This document shows, in pieces, positions 11,379-22,912 of a stretch of DNA of 64,000 nucleotides. The DNA lies in IMG/VR virus record IMGVR_UViG_3300031994_003577, positions 1 through 64,000 of that record. One strand, 5' to 3'. The stretch is from an uncultured virus (IMG/VR IMGVR_UViG_3300031994_003577). Lineage: Duplodnaviria; Heunggongvirae; Uroviricota; Caudoviricetes. The notes under the pieces were generated by a model, which worked only from the letters and a program-made list of their open reading frames with translations, did no database searches and was not told the DNA's origin. The position numbers and the translations under genes were made by a program. Within the stretch, counting starts at the first letter, position 1. Every line of letters starts with the position of its first letter.

Positions 11379-12936
11379 TATTATTCAGCTTCTTTACTAA
11401 TTCATTTATTTTTTTATAATTATCATCTTCCCAATTAGTTATATAATTAATTCCGTGGTTATTAAAATCAACTATTTCTAATTGACTATTTGTTAAAAAC
11501 ATATCTTCTTTTCTTAATGTACCTAAATCGACATAAGACCATATCCTTACTTGATTGTAAGCGCCACTTCTAATTTTATATATATCTGTTACAATATTTG
11601 GTTCATTTTGAAAATTAGCAAAAATTGGTTTAAGTACTTCTTTTTCTTCTTTAGTTGGTCTTGACATTATTGCACCAACATCAGCTTTATTAATTGTCGC
11701 TCTACCACCAGCTAGCGCACCTTCATTTTTTATGTTTTGATTATCATCTCCGCGCGCGTTTAACTGTGTAGAAGTCATAACGCATATATTTTGTTCAACT
11801 GCTAAATCTTTTAATGCAGTAGCAAACATAAGCAATACTTCATCATTTCTTAAATTAAATCCCTTAAATTCACTTAATAATGAAGGCCCAATAAAAATAT
11901 AATCATAAAATACATATTCTACTTTATTAATTAAACAATTTTCTCTTATAATATTCTTTACAAGAGCAATAGTTGGATTTGGCATACGAACGATCTGAAA
12001 ATAATCTTTATATTCTGCCATAATCCATAAGGCATTTTTAATTATTTCAGTTTCTCTTTCATTAAAGTGTCCATACTTAAATCTATCTTCATTAATACCA
12101 GTAAGATAAGCCAAGATCATTTTCTGTATTTCTGAAAAATCTTGCTCTGTTGCAATAAACAATACTTTTTCATTATTGCCGACTTGTTCCCATTTACAAG
12201 TTTCTTGATTATATCTTATTGGGTATGCTAAATAACATGCATCACCAACTGCTTGACGAGTTTTTGATACGCCACTACCACCACTACGAATATAAAACGC
12301 ACCTTTGCGCGCGCCGCTTATAATTTCATTATAAATGATTCCTTGAATCGGCATACCAATACCAGAATATCCATCTGAAATATGTGCTACTAACTCATCT
12401 ATTCCATCATATGCACTACGAGTTTCAGTTACATCATTTTTTATGTATGAAGTTTCAAGATTTAATACTTTTCTTTTTATCTCGTCAACAATATCTTGGA
12501 TAGTTAATGTTTCAAATTTACTATTAATTTCAAAAGCTTTCTCGTTTGTTAAATCTTCACAATAAAATTGAGAAATATTAATTCCTTGATGTTGTAGATC
12601 TCTTAATAAATTTATTTTTTTTAATTTATTATAATAATAATCAAAATTATCTTTATCTACAAAATCTTCAATATCTTGTAAATATTCTATTCCATTATTA
12701 GATTCAAAAATTTTCTTTGCAACAGCGTCCGCATTTAAAGAATTTTCTATATCAATAATATTTATACTGCGCGCGCCTTGCTCATATAAACCACTAATTG
12801 CTCTAAATAATAACTTTTCAAAGGTAGAATTAAAATCTGAAATATTCAAATTATACTTTTCAGTTTCAGTTAATATATTTGGATTTTTAATTATACCACC
12901 CAAAACTTGTTGGATACAGCCTTTATCAATTATCAT
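11368..12936 (-). CDS. DnaB-like replicative helicase
   Basis: Degenerate Walker A GGSGVSKT, ATEQ, FYDYI Walker B, STQLN, KAD. Confidence 0.88.
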   Translation of the reverse strand: MIIDKGCIQQVLGGIIKNPNILTETEKYNLNISDFNSTFEKLLFRAISGLYEQGARSINIIDIENSLNADAVAKKIFESNNGIEYLQDIEDFVDKDNFDYYYNKLKKINLLRDLQHQGINISQFYCEDLTNEKAFEINSKFETLTIQDIVDEIKRKVLNLETSYIKNDVTETRSAYDGIDELVAHISDGYSGIGMPIQGIIYNEIISGARKGAFYIRSGGSGVSKTRQAVGDACYLAYPIRYNQETCKWEQVGNNEKVLFIATEQDFSEIQKMILAYLTGINEDRFKYGHFNERETEIIKNALWIMAEYKDYFQIVRMPNPTIALVKNIIRENCLINKVEYVFYDYIFIGPSLLSEFKGFNLRNDEVLLMFATALKDLAVEQNICVMTSTQLNARGDDNQNIKNEGALAGGRATINKADVGAIMSRPTKEEKEVLKPIFANFQNEPNIVTDIYKIRSGAYNQVRIWSYVDLGTLRKEDMFLTNSQLEIVDFNNHGINYITNWEDDNYKKINELVKKLNNNGL

Positions 12937-13459
12937 TTTCGCTTTCTCCTAATATATCATCAAAACTTATTTCTACTTTTTTCTTTTTTGGAGCTACATT
13001 TAATTTTATTTCATTAACTGGTTTTACCTGTAATTGCTGAATTGATTCTATTATTTTCTCACAACTACCTTTACGTTTAATTTCAATATTTACCCAATAA
13101 TCTGTAGCCTCCTTATAACAATAAGGAACTATACCAATTCCGCCGTAACCACGTTCCCAATTTTCTTTACCATATTTATCATAATAATATTTTAAAGTAA
13201 ATAATATCCCTTTACAAGTCATTCCGTCTTTTACAAATTGATTAATTTGTGCCTTAACTTTATAATAATCATAAGAAACTTTTAAGTCGCGCGCAATATA
13301 ATCAAAAATCAATGGAATATAATCTTTATCTGTTTTTATTTCTTTTTCTTCTTTAAAACGACCATAACATGTTTTATGGAAATAATGATTGCGTGACGGC
13401 ATTATCCAATTATCTAAAGACTTATCTATTTCTTGCTTACAAACTCTACAAATCGGCAT
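12926..13459 (-). CDS. Hypothetical protein with N-terminal CxxC...HxxC (possible helicase-loader partner)
   Basis: 177-aa ORF with RBS and promoter, first gene of the helicase-primase operon. Function inferred from position only. Confidence 0.6.
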   Translation of the reverse strand: MPICRVCKQEIDKSLDNWIMPSRNHYFHKTCYGRFKEEKEIKTDKDYIPLIFDYIARDLKVSYDYYKVKAQINQFVKDGMTCKGILFTLKYYYDKYGKENWERGYGGIGIVPYCYKEATDYWVNIEIKRKGSCEKIIESIQQLQVKPVNEIKLNVAPKKKKVEISFDDILGESENDN

Positions 13460-13563
13460 ATTTTTACTCCTATTTTTCTCTAATTATATTATACCATAAA
13501 ATAGAATTTTTGTCAAATTTAAAAGAGCAGACCGACTGATCTGCTCTTCTTCTTTAAGACTAT

Positions 13564-14529
13564 TTACATTTCTCGCATTTCATCAACAACTAGTGCAAGT
13601 AAATCAACTTGATCTTCTGTAAATTCAGAAAGTCTCATTTTATGTCCCATAATAATTTCGACTTTTTTCAAAATTATGTCGGCATTTTCTGGATTGTTCC
13701 CTACGAGTTTTGCCCATAAGTCACTAGCTTCTGCGCGTACTTTAGAAAAGTCTTTCTTTTCTTCAACAGTGTTTTCAATTTTATCAACAACTGTTGCTCC
13801 ATCAAGTTTTTCTGACTTCTCTATAGCATCGGCAATTGCATTTACTAATTCATTATATCCAAACTTAATTTTTGGTGCAAGATATTTAAATCTACTTCCT
13901 GCCATTACAGTAGGAGTCTTTCTTGTGTATAACCAACGTTCAGTCGTTCCATCTTCGTTCCATGTAACATCAATATAACCAATAATGTCAACCAATTGAT
14001 TTACAATTTCATAAGCTCTTTTTGGAATTGCTGGGCCAAGAATTTCAACTTCAGAATCATCAGCTCTTTTTTCAATTCTGCGCTCTACATGAGCGATAAT
14101 TACAAGACCGTAACCAAGTTGAGTAATACGTCTCAGACAATTCTCAAATTCCTTTTTACAGGCGCTATATCCGCCGCCCCAAGGAATATCACCAAGTTTC
14201 TGAACACCATTCTGCGCGCAGGTAAACTACTCACACATTTCCCAAGCAATACCAACGGTATCAATTGTAATAGTATCATATAGTTCTCTAGCTTCTGGCT
14301 TTTCAAGCTAACGTAAAACGGTTTTAAACTCCGCCCATTTCGTTATATCAATTGCCATAGCTCCTGCGATCGCATTCCAGCCATGTTCAAATCCAAGAAG
14401 TAAATTCTTAGGAAATTGACAAGCCAAACTGGTTTTTCCAACCTTAGGTAATGAATAAATACAAACAAATTTACCTTTTAAATCACGACTAATGACTGTT
14501 GGTTTTAAATTTAAAATATCAATAGCCAT
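13564..14529 (-). CDS. Sak4-like P-loop ATPase (phage recombinase family)
   Basis: LPKVGKTS Walker A, IDT Walker B, IAHV, VDIIGY, AGSR. Joined through TAG at 14308-14310; adjacent to the SSB-like gene. Confidence 0.8.
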
Positions 14530-14540
14530 AGGAGGCCTCC

Positions 14541-15470
14541 TTAGAAGCCAAGACCATCAAAGGTTGCCTTTCTTGTATCAGTTATAGGAGCGGGCGCGGT
14601 ACGAGTCTTTGGCTTATTCTTTTCTGCTTCGAGTCTAGCCTGACGTTCTGCGAGAGCTTCCTGAATTTCAGAGTGTTCATAAGCCATTTCACCCTCAAGA
14701 GGAGCCTCTGAACCACCAGTAATTACAAGATCATTAACAATAATAGTACGATTATGATAAATCGGTTCACCAAAGCCCTGTTCAACCTTAGTTGTTTCAG
14801 TTGTTGAACTAAAATTCAAACGACCACTTGCCTTAACAGTTGAACCAACTTCCCAATAATTACGAACTGCATTAACAACATTTTCATTGGAACATACAAA
14901 AGTCATCTTATCAAGGCGACCACCATACTGAGGAACAAGACCAGTAATAACATACTTATCATTACCAAAGAAATCTTTTACAATTTCTCCCTCAGCATTA
15001 TACTGATAATCCTGCTGACCAACTACCATAGTAATCACGAAAGTTGCTTCTGGTCTGCACTCTTCTTTTCTAATCTTAGAAGCAAAAGATGCGTTTACGC
15101 GCGGATAAGATACAAGATTGCCATTAGTATCATAAAACTCATTCATGCGAATATCTGCATTAGTAATTCTAATACGATCAGCATTTTCTTCGCCGCCAGC
15201 TGCCGCGATAGAAACAAATTCATTCTTAATTCTCATAATAGATTCAAACGCAGGATTCGGCTTACCGGCATTTGTATATTTATTAGCGAACATCTAAACT
15301 GGGATCTCATTGTCCACAGGTCTACCATTAATATTTTGCTGAACCAATACTTTAATAGAACCACGAACGGTTTCCATTTGCTTACCGTTCTTCTCATAAG
15401 AACCATTTTCTAGATTAATTTCTGATAAAATACCTTCAATTTTTACTTTATTTTCTGCTTGTCTCAACAT
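14541..15470 (-). CDS. Putative single-stranded DNA-binding protein
   Basis: MLRQAENKVKIEGILSE N-terminus, acidic/aromatic C-terminal tip (FDGLGF), next to the Sak4-like gene; one TAG at 15294-15296. Confidence 0.6.
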
Positions 15471-15550
15471 TTTATTTTCTCCTTTTTATTTGGTTCTTTA
15501 AAAAAGGAATGGGAGAAATCTCCCATTCCAAGATTTCTTTATATTAGTAA

Positions 15551-15811
15551 TTAGTCCTCAGAAGGAACAAATGTCTTGCCAGCTTCAGTAAGGAAAACAT
15601 ACTTAACAGGCTTATCTGCGCCTTCAACATCAACCTTCTCGTAATCCACAAGACCCTTTGCACGCTCACCCTTAACACCAAGAGTAGTAACAACCGGATT
15701 TAGATGCTTCGCATCAGAACCGAGAGCTGCGCAAAGCTCGTCCATAGAAACGCGACCACCATTCGCCTTAATGTAATTGTAAACTTCGTTCTGTCTTTCT
15801 GTCAACTTCAT
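15551..15811 (-). CDS. Winged-helix DNA-binding protein
   Basis: LTERQNEVYNYIK...SMDELCAAL...LTEAGK pattern; own promoter. Confidence 0.6.
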   Translation of the reverse strand: MKLTERQNEVYNYIKANGGRVSMDELCAALGSDAKHLNPVVTTLGVKGERAKGLVDYEKVDVEGADKPVKYVFLTEAGKTFVPSED

Positions 15812-15950
15812 AATTTTTTTCTCCTAAATATTTTTTTATTATATTTGCCATTTATTTTTGGAATGGCGACCATTTAAGTGATCTTTCTTTCACTTTCTAT
15901 ATATATTATAGCAAAATTTTTAAATATTTTCAAATTTTCGTTTATACTTT

Positions 15951-18305
15951 TCAAATTTTTTCGATCGTTACCACTTGTTCCAGAGGTTTTAATTTAATTG
16001 TTTTTACGCCTTGAGTCACGCGTGATAACAATGGTATGTCATTGATAGACAATTTAATTTGAGAAACATTTGATGTAACTATAATTTCATCACCATCACA
16101 CAGCGGTTGGAATGAAATCACTTGGTCATCCTCTGTAAGACTTTGAATTTTATTACCTTTAGTTCCTTTATTAGTAAAACTAAATTCACTAAACTTCGTG
16201 CGCTTTGCTAAACCTTTTTTGGTTACTGAAATGATTGATTGAGTATTTTTCGGAATCGCTCGCGCGCACTGTACGTAAGCAGAATCATTAAGTTTTACGC
16301 ATTTAATACCGCGCGCGATGCGTCCTATCGCACGAATATCATCTGTCTTAAACATAACATAATTTCCATCGGAAGTAAGAATACCACAATCAGTATCATC
16401 ATCACCAAAGAAGATAGATACGATAGTATCATTATCATCAAGTGCAATAGCTCTCGCGCTATTACCACGTTTGAGATAATATTCAGAAAGAAGAGTTTTC
16501 TTCATTAAACCATTCTTTGTAATAAAGTATATATTCTTCTTTTCGTTTTTTGAATAAATAGCCGCATTACAAATATTTTCGGTTGCAGTTGTTGTGACGA
16601 ATTGTGTGATATAAGTTTTCTCTCCAATCGGTAAGTCGCTCATTTTAACTTGGAAGAAGTTGCCCTTATCAGAGAAGAACAACATCACATCGGTATTATC
16701 ACCAGTTTCTGTACCAACAATATACTCACCCTTTTCAAGTTTAAGTTTAGTGCCGACTGCACCACGTCTTGAAGTATAAAGACTTGAGCTTTCTGATACG
16801 AACAAGCCACCTTTGTTAGTAAAGTTAATAATAAGATTCTTTACTTCCGTTGGTTCATCTTCATCATTAACACTAATATTTAAGATTTTTGTTCTGCGCG
16901 CGTCGCCAAATTTCTTTGCTACTTCGCGCCAACCTTTAATAAGCTCGTTGTTGAACAATTCTTCATTATTTAAAATTTGTTCGATCGCACCAATTTTCGT
17001 AAGCAAGTCATTTTTTTCGCCGTTCAGCTTAGTTACTTCAAGATGCGCCAACCTGCTTAATTTAAGGTCAAGTACAGCCTTTGCTTGGTCAGCATCAAGA
17101 AGATATTCTTTTTGCAGTTTGATACTTGCTTCAGAAGTAGAAGAAGAAGTTTTAATTGTCTGGATAACTTCTTCAATGCGCGCGATACAAATAAGCAAAC
17201 CATCGATGATATGAACACGGAATTTCATCTTATTTAGATCGTGTTCAAAGCCACGACGATATATAATTTTTTCATGGTCAATATGCGCCTGAAGAGCTTC
17301 GCGCCATGTAAATACTTTAGGATATTTACCGCCATCAAGCATAGTAAGATTAATACCATAGTAGTACTGAAGTGATGTATTTTTGTACAAATATTTCAAT
17401 ACCTTATCTGGATTTGCTTTCTTTGTAAGATAAATCTTAATTAAAGGAGTTGCGCCAGTTAAGTCATTAAAGCGTTCAATTCCAGGATTCTCTTCTGATT
17501 CTACAAGTTCTTCGAGCTGCTTACAAATAGTATTCGTATAAACAGAATAAGGAATTTCTTTTACTACAAAGCAACGCTCGCCACTATCAAATTCGACAAC
17601 ACTCCTCAATTTGCATGCCGGCCCATTACCTGTACGCAGGCTTTCTTTTACTTCATCTGCATTAAGTAGAATCGCGCCAGTTGCAAAGTCGGGCGCGCAG
17701 TAAATATCATCAAAATCACAATCCGGATTTTGAATAAGATTAATGAGCGCATTATTGAGTTCATTTAAATTAAACTGTGGAATAGAGCTTGCAAGACCTA
17801 CTGCAATTCCTTGCGAACCATTACAAAGATTATAGAAACCTTTCGATGGAAGAACCGCAGGATATTGTTTAGTATTATCATAACTATCACGCCATTCTGT
17901 TACAGTATCTTTATCAATATCTGTAAAAAGAACATTAGAAAGCGCAGATAAACGACTTTCTGTATAACGCATAGCAGCCCAGTTACCGCTTTCAATAAGA
18001 GAACCAGAGTTACCTTTTACGTCCACAAGTGGATAGCGCATAGCAAAATTCTGACCGGCGCGCATAATAATTCCTTCACAGCTTGAATCACCATGAATAT
18101 AGAAGTCTGCCATAGCCATGCCAACAGCATTAGCGGTTTTCTTATAAGGATTATTATGGGTGAGTTTATGAAGAAGCATTGAATAGAAGATTTGGCGCGC
18201 TGAAGGCTTAAGTCCATCGCGCGCGTCAACAAGCGCGCGGGATTGAATTACCATGCCCGCGTACTGCGCGAAAGATTGTTCGATTATTGGTTTTAATTCA
18301 CTCAT
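15951..18305 (-). CDS. gyrA: Type IIA topoisomerase subunit A (GyrA/ParC-like)
   Basis: DARDGLKP, HGDSS, AAMRYTE active-site Tyr, C-terminal beta-pinwheel repeats. Confidence 0.93.
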   Translation of the reverse strand: MSELKPIIEQSFAQYAGMVIQSRALVDARDGLKPSARQIFYSMLLHKLTHNNPYKKTANAVGMAMADFYIHGDSSCEGIIMRAGQNFAMRYPLVDVKGNSGSLIESGNWAAMRYTESRLSALSNVLFTDIDKDTVTEWRDSYDNTKQYPAVLPSKGFYNLCNGSQGIAVGLASSIPQFNLNELNNALINLIQNPDCDFDDIYCAPDFATGAILLNADEVKESLRTGNGPACKLRSVVEFDSGERCFVVKEIPYSVYTNTICKQLEELVESEENPGIERFNDLTGATPLIKIYLTKKANPDKVLKYLYKNTSLQYYYGINLTMLDGGKYPKVFTWREALQAHIDHEKIIYRRGFEHDLNKMKFRVHIIDGLLICIARIEEVIQTIKTSSSTSEASIKLQKEYLLDADQAKAVLDLKLSRLAHLEVTKLNGEKNDLLTKIGAIEQILNNEELFNNELIKGWREVAKKFGDARRTKILNISVNDEDEPTEVKNLIINFTNKGGLFVSESSSLYTSRRGAVGTKLKLEKGEYIVGTETGDNTDVMLFFSDKGNFFQVKMSDLPIGEKTYITQFVTTTATENICNAAIYSKNEKKNIYFITKNGLMKKTLLSEYYLKRGNSARAIALDDNDTIVSIFFGDDDTDCGILTSDGNYVMFKTDDIRAIGRIARGIKCVKLNDSAYVQCARAIPKNTQSIISVTKKGLAKRTKFSEFSFTNKGTKGNKIQSLTEDDQVISFQPLCDGDEIIVTSNVSQIKLSINDIPLLSRVTQGVKTIKLKPLEQVVTIEKI

Positions 18306-18480
18306 TTTTTAATTCCTCTATTGTTTCTACCAATTTTCTTATTAAAAAAGTTCTACATTCAGCTGCATTACATTTCTTTTTAGTGAAAACGTCAATTAAT
18401 TCGCAATCTCTGCAATCCCATTGGTCTCCTTCAGTACAATAAGCGGTTTTTGCTATTTTATAATAATCTCTATCTAACAT
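18298..18480 (-). CDS. Small Cys-rich hypothetical protein
   Basis: 60-aa ORF translationally coupled between the two topoisomerase subunits. Confidence 0.55.
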   Translation of the reverse strand: MLDRDYYKIAKTAYCTEGDQWDCRDCELIDVFTKKKCNAAECRTFLIRKLVETIEELKNE

Positions 18481-18481
18481 T

Positions 18482-20338
18482 TTATTCTGTTATCTCCGAA
18501 AAATCAATATTATTAAAAATAAATTCTTTTCTTGGTTTTACGTCTTCGCCCATCAAATCGTATAAAATACCAAGTGCATCGTCACTATATTCCATAGCTT
18601 CCATGCGTTGGTACTGTTCAGTAAACATAGATGCTCGCGCAGTTTCAGCTGGTAATTCACCAAGACCTTTTGCGCGCGTTACTTCACCCTTAATCTTACC
18701 GCGTACAGCGTTAAACTCTGCGTCATCAAAATAATAGCTTTCCTGCTTGCCATTATTAACAATATAAAGTGGCGAGCGCAACCAGCACAAACGACCTTCT
18801 TTAATAAACTGCGGTGCAAGATAAGTAAGCGCTGCCATAATAAGCAAACCAATATGGTATCCATCGCTATCAGCATCGGTACAGATTGCAAGGCGGCCGT
18901 AACGAAGTTTTGAACTATTATATTTTCCCGGCACAATATTCATCGCACTCAAAAGAAGTTTAATTTCTTCATTTTCAAAAATCTTTTCTTCTGGGTTAGA
19001 TAAACAATTAATTATTTTACCACGAATAGCAAGAATACCATACTTCTTATAATCGCGTGCCTGTGCCATACCACCCATAGCACTATTACCTTCAACAATC
19101 AGAAGAGTTGAATTTTGTCCAAGAAATTCTGCATCTTTCAATTTATCAGAAGCAAAAACCTTTTTCTTTTGGTTCTTTTCAATTTCTTTTGAAGCATTGA
19201 GAACTTGCTGACGTGCTTTTTCTGCCGCAGCTTCTGCCTTTGCGATTTTTTTCAATAATTCTACGATTGTATCAAACTCTTGTGGAAGTTTAATTTTCAT
19301 TGACTTCAACGCATCACTAAAAGCATTAGAAGCAAGTGTACGCAAATTAGCATTATTGATTTTTGATTTTGTCTGATTTGCAAATGATGGATGCGCAACA
19401 GAGCAATTAATTACATAGAATAAATTTCCACGAATTGCATCACCATCAAAATCTTGCTTTGAAAGTGAATTGAACGTGCGCGTAATAGCTGTTTTCGCGC
19501 CAGTAATAGGTGAACCACCCTCTGGACAAAGCAGACCATTTACAAATACGTAAGAAGTTTCGCGCTTCGCACCCCATTGAAAAGCAATTTCAATTTTATC
19601 TTCACCATCAGTAGCAGTAGCATATTGAATTGTTTTATGAAGCGGCGCGCTTAAATTATCTTTGATAAAGTCTTTAATACCATTGCGCGCGGAATATGTT
19701 TTCTTTACGCCGGTTTTAAGATTATAAACATTAAATGTAATCCCGCTATAAAGATAGCAAATATTCTTTATATCATTACAAATTCTTTCGTAATCATATT
19801 GAATTTTTTCATCTTTAAAAACTTCGGGATCTGGTGTAAATTTAACAAGAGTGCCATTAGCGTGTTTAGTATCAAATTCATTATAACTAACAAGTTCACC
19901 CTTAAAGAACATGGCGCGCGCCATCTTACCATCGCGGCAGCTTTCTACCATAAAGTCAAGAGAACTTAGACATACACATTTAGCGCCAATACCGTTGAGG
20001 CCCGACACGTTTTTATACGCGCCATCTTCAAATTTACCACCAGTATGTGATTTAGAATAGATGGAAACAAGTACATTTTCTCCATCATCGCGTACACCAA
20101 AAGGAACACCGCGACCATAATCTTGAACTTCAATAGTATTATTCTCTTCATCTACTGAAATATCAATCTGATTACCAAAGCCGCAAAGTGCCTCGTCTGT
20201 ACTATTATTAATTATTTCTTTAAGTGCTTGGTAAGTGCCTTCATTATCGGCAGTACCAAGATACATTTGGATTCTCGCGCGAACTGCTTCCTTAAAACTT
20301 AAAGATTTAATTTCGTCGATTCCATAATTCTCACTCAT
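18482..20338 (-). CDS. gyrB: Type IIA topoisomerase subunit B (GyrB/ParE-like)
   Basis: EIINNSTDE, DYGRGVP, HTGGKF, GLNGIG, VEGNSA, DADSDG, KGLGE. Start chosen at MSENYG after GGAG. Confidence 0.93.
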   Translation of the reverse strand: MSENYGIDEIKSLSFKEAVRARIQMYLGTADNEGTYQALKEIINNSTDEALCGFGNQIDISVDEENNTIEVQDYGRGVPFGVRDDGENVLVSIYSKSHTGGKFEDGAYKNVSGLNGIGAKCVCLSSLDFMVESCRDGKMARAMFFKGELVSYNEFDTKHANGTLVKFTPDPEVFKDEKIQYDYERICNDIKNICYLYSGITFNVYNLKTGVKKTYSARNGIKDFIKDNLSAPLHKTIQYATATDGEDKIEIAFQWGAKRETSYVFVNGLLCPEGGSPITGAKTAITRTFNSLSKQDFDGDAIRGNLFYVINCSVAHPSFANQTKSKINNANLRTLASNAFSDALKSMKIKLPQEFDTIVELLKKIAKAEAAAEKARQQVLNASKEIEKNQKKKVFASDKLKDAEFLGQNSTLLIVEGNSAMGGMAQARDYKKYGILAIRGKIINCLSNPEEKIFENEEIKLLLSAMNIVPGKYNSSKLRYGRLAICTDADSDGYHIGLLIMAALTYLAPQFIKEGRLCWLRSPLYIVNNGKQESYYFDDAEFNAVRGKIKGEVTRAKGLGELPAETARASMFTEQYQRMEAMEYSDDALGILYDLMGEDVKPRKEFIFNNIDFSEITE

Positions 20339-20394
20339 GCGATATACTCCATTTTTATTTTCTATATATATTATATCATAAATTAAAAAAGAAG

Positions 20395-20571
20395 TCAAAT
20401 CTTTGACTTCTCTTCATAATTCCAATTTGGTGGAACAAAGTTTTTTGCGTTATACCATCGCCAGCCACCATTATTCCAAATTAAAAAATGAGTTATACCA
20501 AATTTTGGGTCTACAGTAGTATCTAAAACTTGAAAAATTTCTCCAGTAGGTATATATCTTGCATTAAACAT
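20395..20571 (-). CDS. Hypothetical protein
   Basis: 58-aa ORF coupled to the stop of the UvrD-like gene. Confidence 0.55.
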   Translation of the reverse strand: MFNARYIPTGEIFQVLDTTVDPKFGITHFLIWNNGGWRWYNAKNFVPPNWNYEEKSKI

Positions 20572-21638
20572 TATTCCCAATTATTCACTTTCTTATTTAC
20601 TTTTTTATTTTTCATCCAAAAAAGTTTATTGCGCGCACGAGTAGCGGCGACATATGATAATCTAATTTCTTCGTCACGCCACATATTAGTACCAATAACA
20701 ATAACATTATCTGCTTCAAGACCTTTTGCTGTATGAACCGTAAGAATTTTTACTTTATCAGTATGGATTAACTCATTCATTTCATCGAAGCTTTTTCCAC
20801 CACGTTTAAAGGTAATATTTGGTATATTAAATTTATCTAAAACGTATTGCACTTGTTCTATTTGGTCATTAGTTCTTGTTAGAACAAACCAATCACCATA
20901 TGGCACTTTTTCATTTTCAATAATAGAAGGAATTAGATTTATATTAAATTCAATCCATTCTACAGAACCACTACGAGATCTCATCGGTATAGAATCATCT
21001 TCTATACCCTTTTTTTGTCTTAAAATAATAGATTTGGCAAAGTTAAGAATATTTCGTCCATTACGATAGTTTTCATTTAAAGAATACACCATTACGTCCT
21101 TTTGATACATTATGTACTGGAACATTTCTGGTTTAGCATCACGCCATGTGTAAATTGATTGACGAGGATCGCCGCAATAAAAAAATCCAGTTGGTTTTAA
21201 CAATTCAAAAAATCTCCATTGATTTTCTGAACAATCTTGCGCTTCGTCCACAATAAGATAATCAATTTGCTTTAAACATTGTGGATGTAACAATACTAAT
21301 TGAAAAAGATTATCAAATTTTTCTTCGTCAGCGTATTTTTTTGCTAAATCAAAATATCCACCAGCACAAAGTAAATGATAGGCATAAGAATGAATTGTAC
21401 CAATAAAAAGACCTTCTACTTTTCCTATACGTTGGCTCATTTCGTCTGCGGCTGCGTTTGTAAAAGTAATAACAACCATTCGTTCCGGACGCACACCGCG
21501 CGCGAGCATCGTTTTTGTTCTTTCAGTTATACAGGCAGTTTTTCCTGAAGCCGCCGCCGCGCAAACTACTATTTTTGAATATTCGGAATTAACAATTTCT
21601 TTTTGCTTTTTACTTAAATTCATATTTTTTATTTCCAT
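20571..21638 (-). CDS. Compact UvrD/Rep-like SF1 helicase
   Basis: AAAASGKT, TFTNAAA, VDEAQD, GDPRQSIY, NYR, TVHTAKGLE, YVAATRA. Confidence 0.9.
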   Translation of the reverse strand: MEIKNMNLSKKQKEIVNSEYSKIVVCAAAASGKTACITERTKTMLARGVRPERMVVITFTNAAADEMSQRIGKVEGLFIGTIHSYAYHLLCAGGYFDLAKKYADEEKFDNLFQLVLLHPQCLKQIDYLIVDEAQDCSENQWRFFELLKPTGFFYCGDPRQSIYTWRDAKPEMFQYIMYQKDVMVYSLNENYRNGRNILNFAKSIILRQKKGIEDDSIPMRSRSGSVEWIEFNINLIPSIIENEKVPYGDWFVLTRTNDQIEQVQYVLDKFNIPNITFKRGGKSFDEMNELIHTDKVKILTVHTAKGLEADNVIVIGTNMWRDEEIRLSYVAATRARNKLFWMKNKKVNKKVNNWE

Positions 21639-21777
21639 ATTCTTTATTATATTTTTTTAAAACTTTACAACCACCGCAGCCATTTCTTTTTGCACCAGTA
21701 CAAAACCAACAACAATCTGTATCAAGCCAAAATATTTTAGGTGGTTCAGGACGTTGTTTTCTTCTCTTTTCTTTCAT
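21610..21777 (-). CDS. Small Cys-rich hypothetical protein
   Basis: MKEKRRKQRPEPPKIFWLDTDCCWFC...CGGC, 55 aa, coupled to the upstream stop. Confidence 0.5.
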   Translation of the reverse strand: MKEKRRKQRPEPPKIFWLDTDCCWFCTGAKRNGCGGCKVLKKYNKEYGNKKYEFK

Positions 21778-22835
21778 TAGCCACCAGCTTTTTGATTAAG
21801 AAGCGTCTGCGCGCCATATACATCAATCCAATATTTTTCTCTTTCATTTAATTTATCTTTTGGTACTTCTTCTAATACCTAAAACGTGAAATTCCAAATA
21901 CCATCACGCGCCATTTTAGTATGTAAAGAGCTATGAGCTATTGTGCCAACTCCGTAAGCGGATTTACAATGCTCTTGCCATCTATTACTTATATCGGTTG
22001 AGCGGCCTATATAAATTTCTCCAGTTGGAATATAAGTAATACAATAAATTCCACTTGGCTTTTTACCATTAAGAACTCTTTTTTCCATTTCCTATAATGG
22101 CCGCTTTATATAACAATCATAGGCCGCGCGATGTAAGACTTCTTTATTATTAAATTTATGTTCTATATCTTTAATAATCTATAAATCTTCAATTTCATTA
22201 TCTGTTAAACAAATTCTATAAAAATCTGTTTCTTCCTATAAAGCTTTTTCTCGTAAAATCTATGAATTAACTACCTCACGGCGAGCACGAAAGTCTTCAA
22301 GCAATTCTAATATATCTACATATTCAAAAGCAGCTTCATTAGTTTCTTTTTCATATTCTTCTTTCGACTTCTACAAATCTTCTATTTGTTTTTGTGTCCA
22401 TTCCTGCGCCGTTTTTAATTCATCATTTATTTTTTTCTCTTCAGTTTTCTTAAATTCATTTAATTGAGTTCTAATTTTTTCTTCTTCTAATTTTTTAGTT
22501 ATTTCTAAATTCTATTTTATTTGATTAGATATAATTTCTTTATTAGATTCAGATTGCTCATGATATTGAGAAATTTCAAAATTTATTTTTTCAATATTAT
22601 TTGAAAGTTCTTCTTCTAATTCTTTGTTTAATTTTTGATATTTTTGTTTTAATTTTTCTTCTGTCTTATTATACTATTCTTCTAAATTATCCTTTCTTTC
22701 TTTAAAATTTTTATCTATTTCTTCGTATTTTAATTGTTTTATTCTTCTATTCTTTTTATTCTATATTATAAATAAAGTGATAAATATAAGAAGTAGTATA
22801 ATAAGTCCAATTATAATATACTATAATGACTCCAT
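21777..22835 (-). CDS. Membrane-anchored coiled-coil protein with C-terminal GIY-YIG nuclease domain
   Basis: N-terminal hydrophobic helix, long Glu/Lys-rich segment, then SGIYCIT...YIGRS...RWQEH...EKYWI. Continuous only if TAG is sense. Confidence 0.75.
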
Positions 22836-22912
22836 ACTATTCTCCTTTTTCTTTATAAATTTATTATAACATAAAATAAAAAGAAAGTCAAATTATGACT
22901 TTCTTTTTTTCT

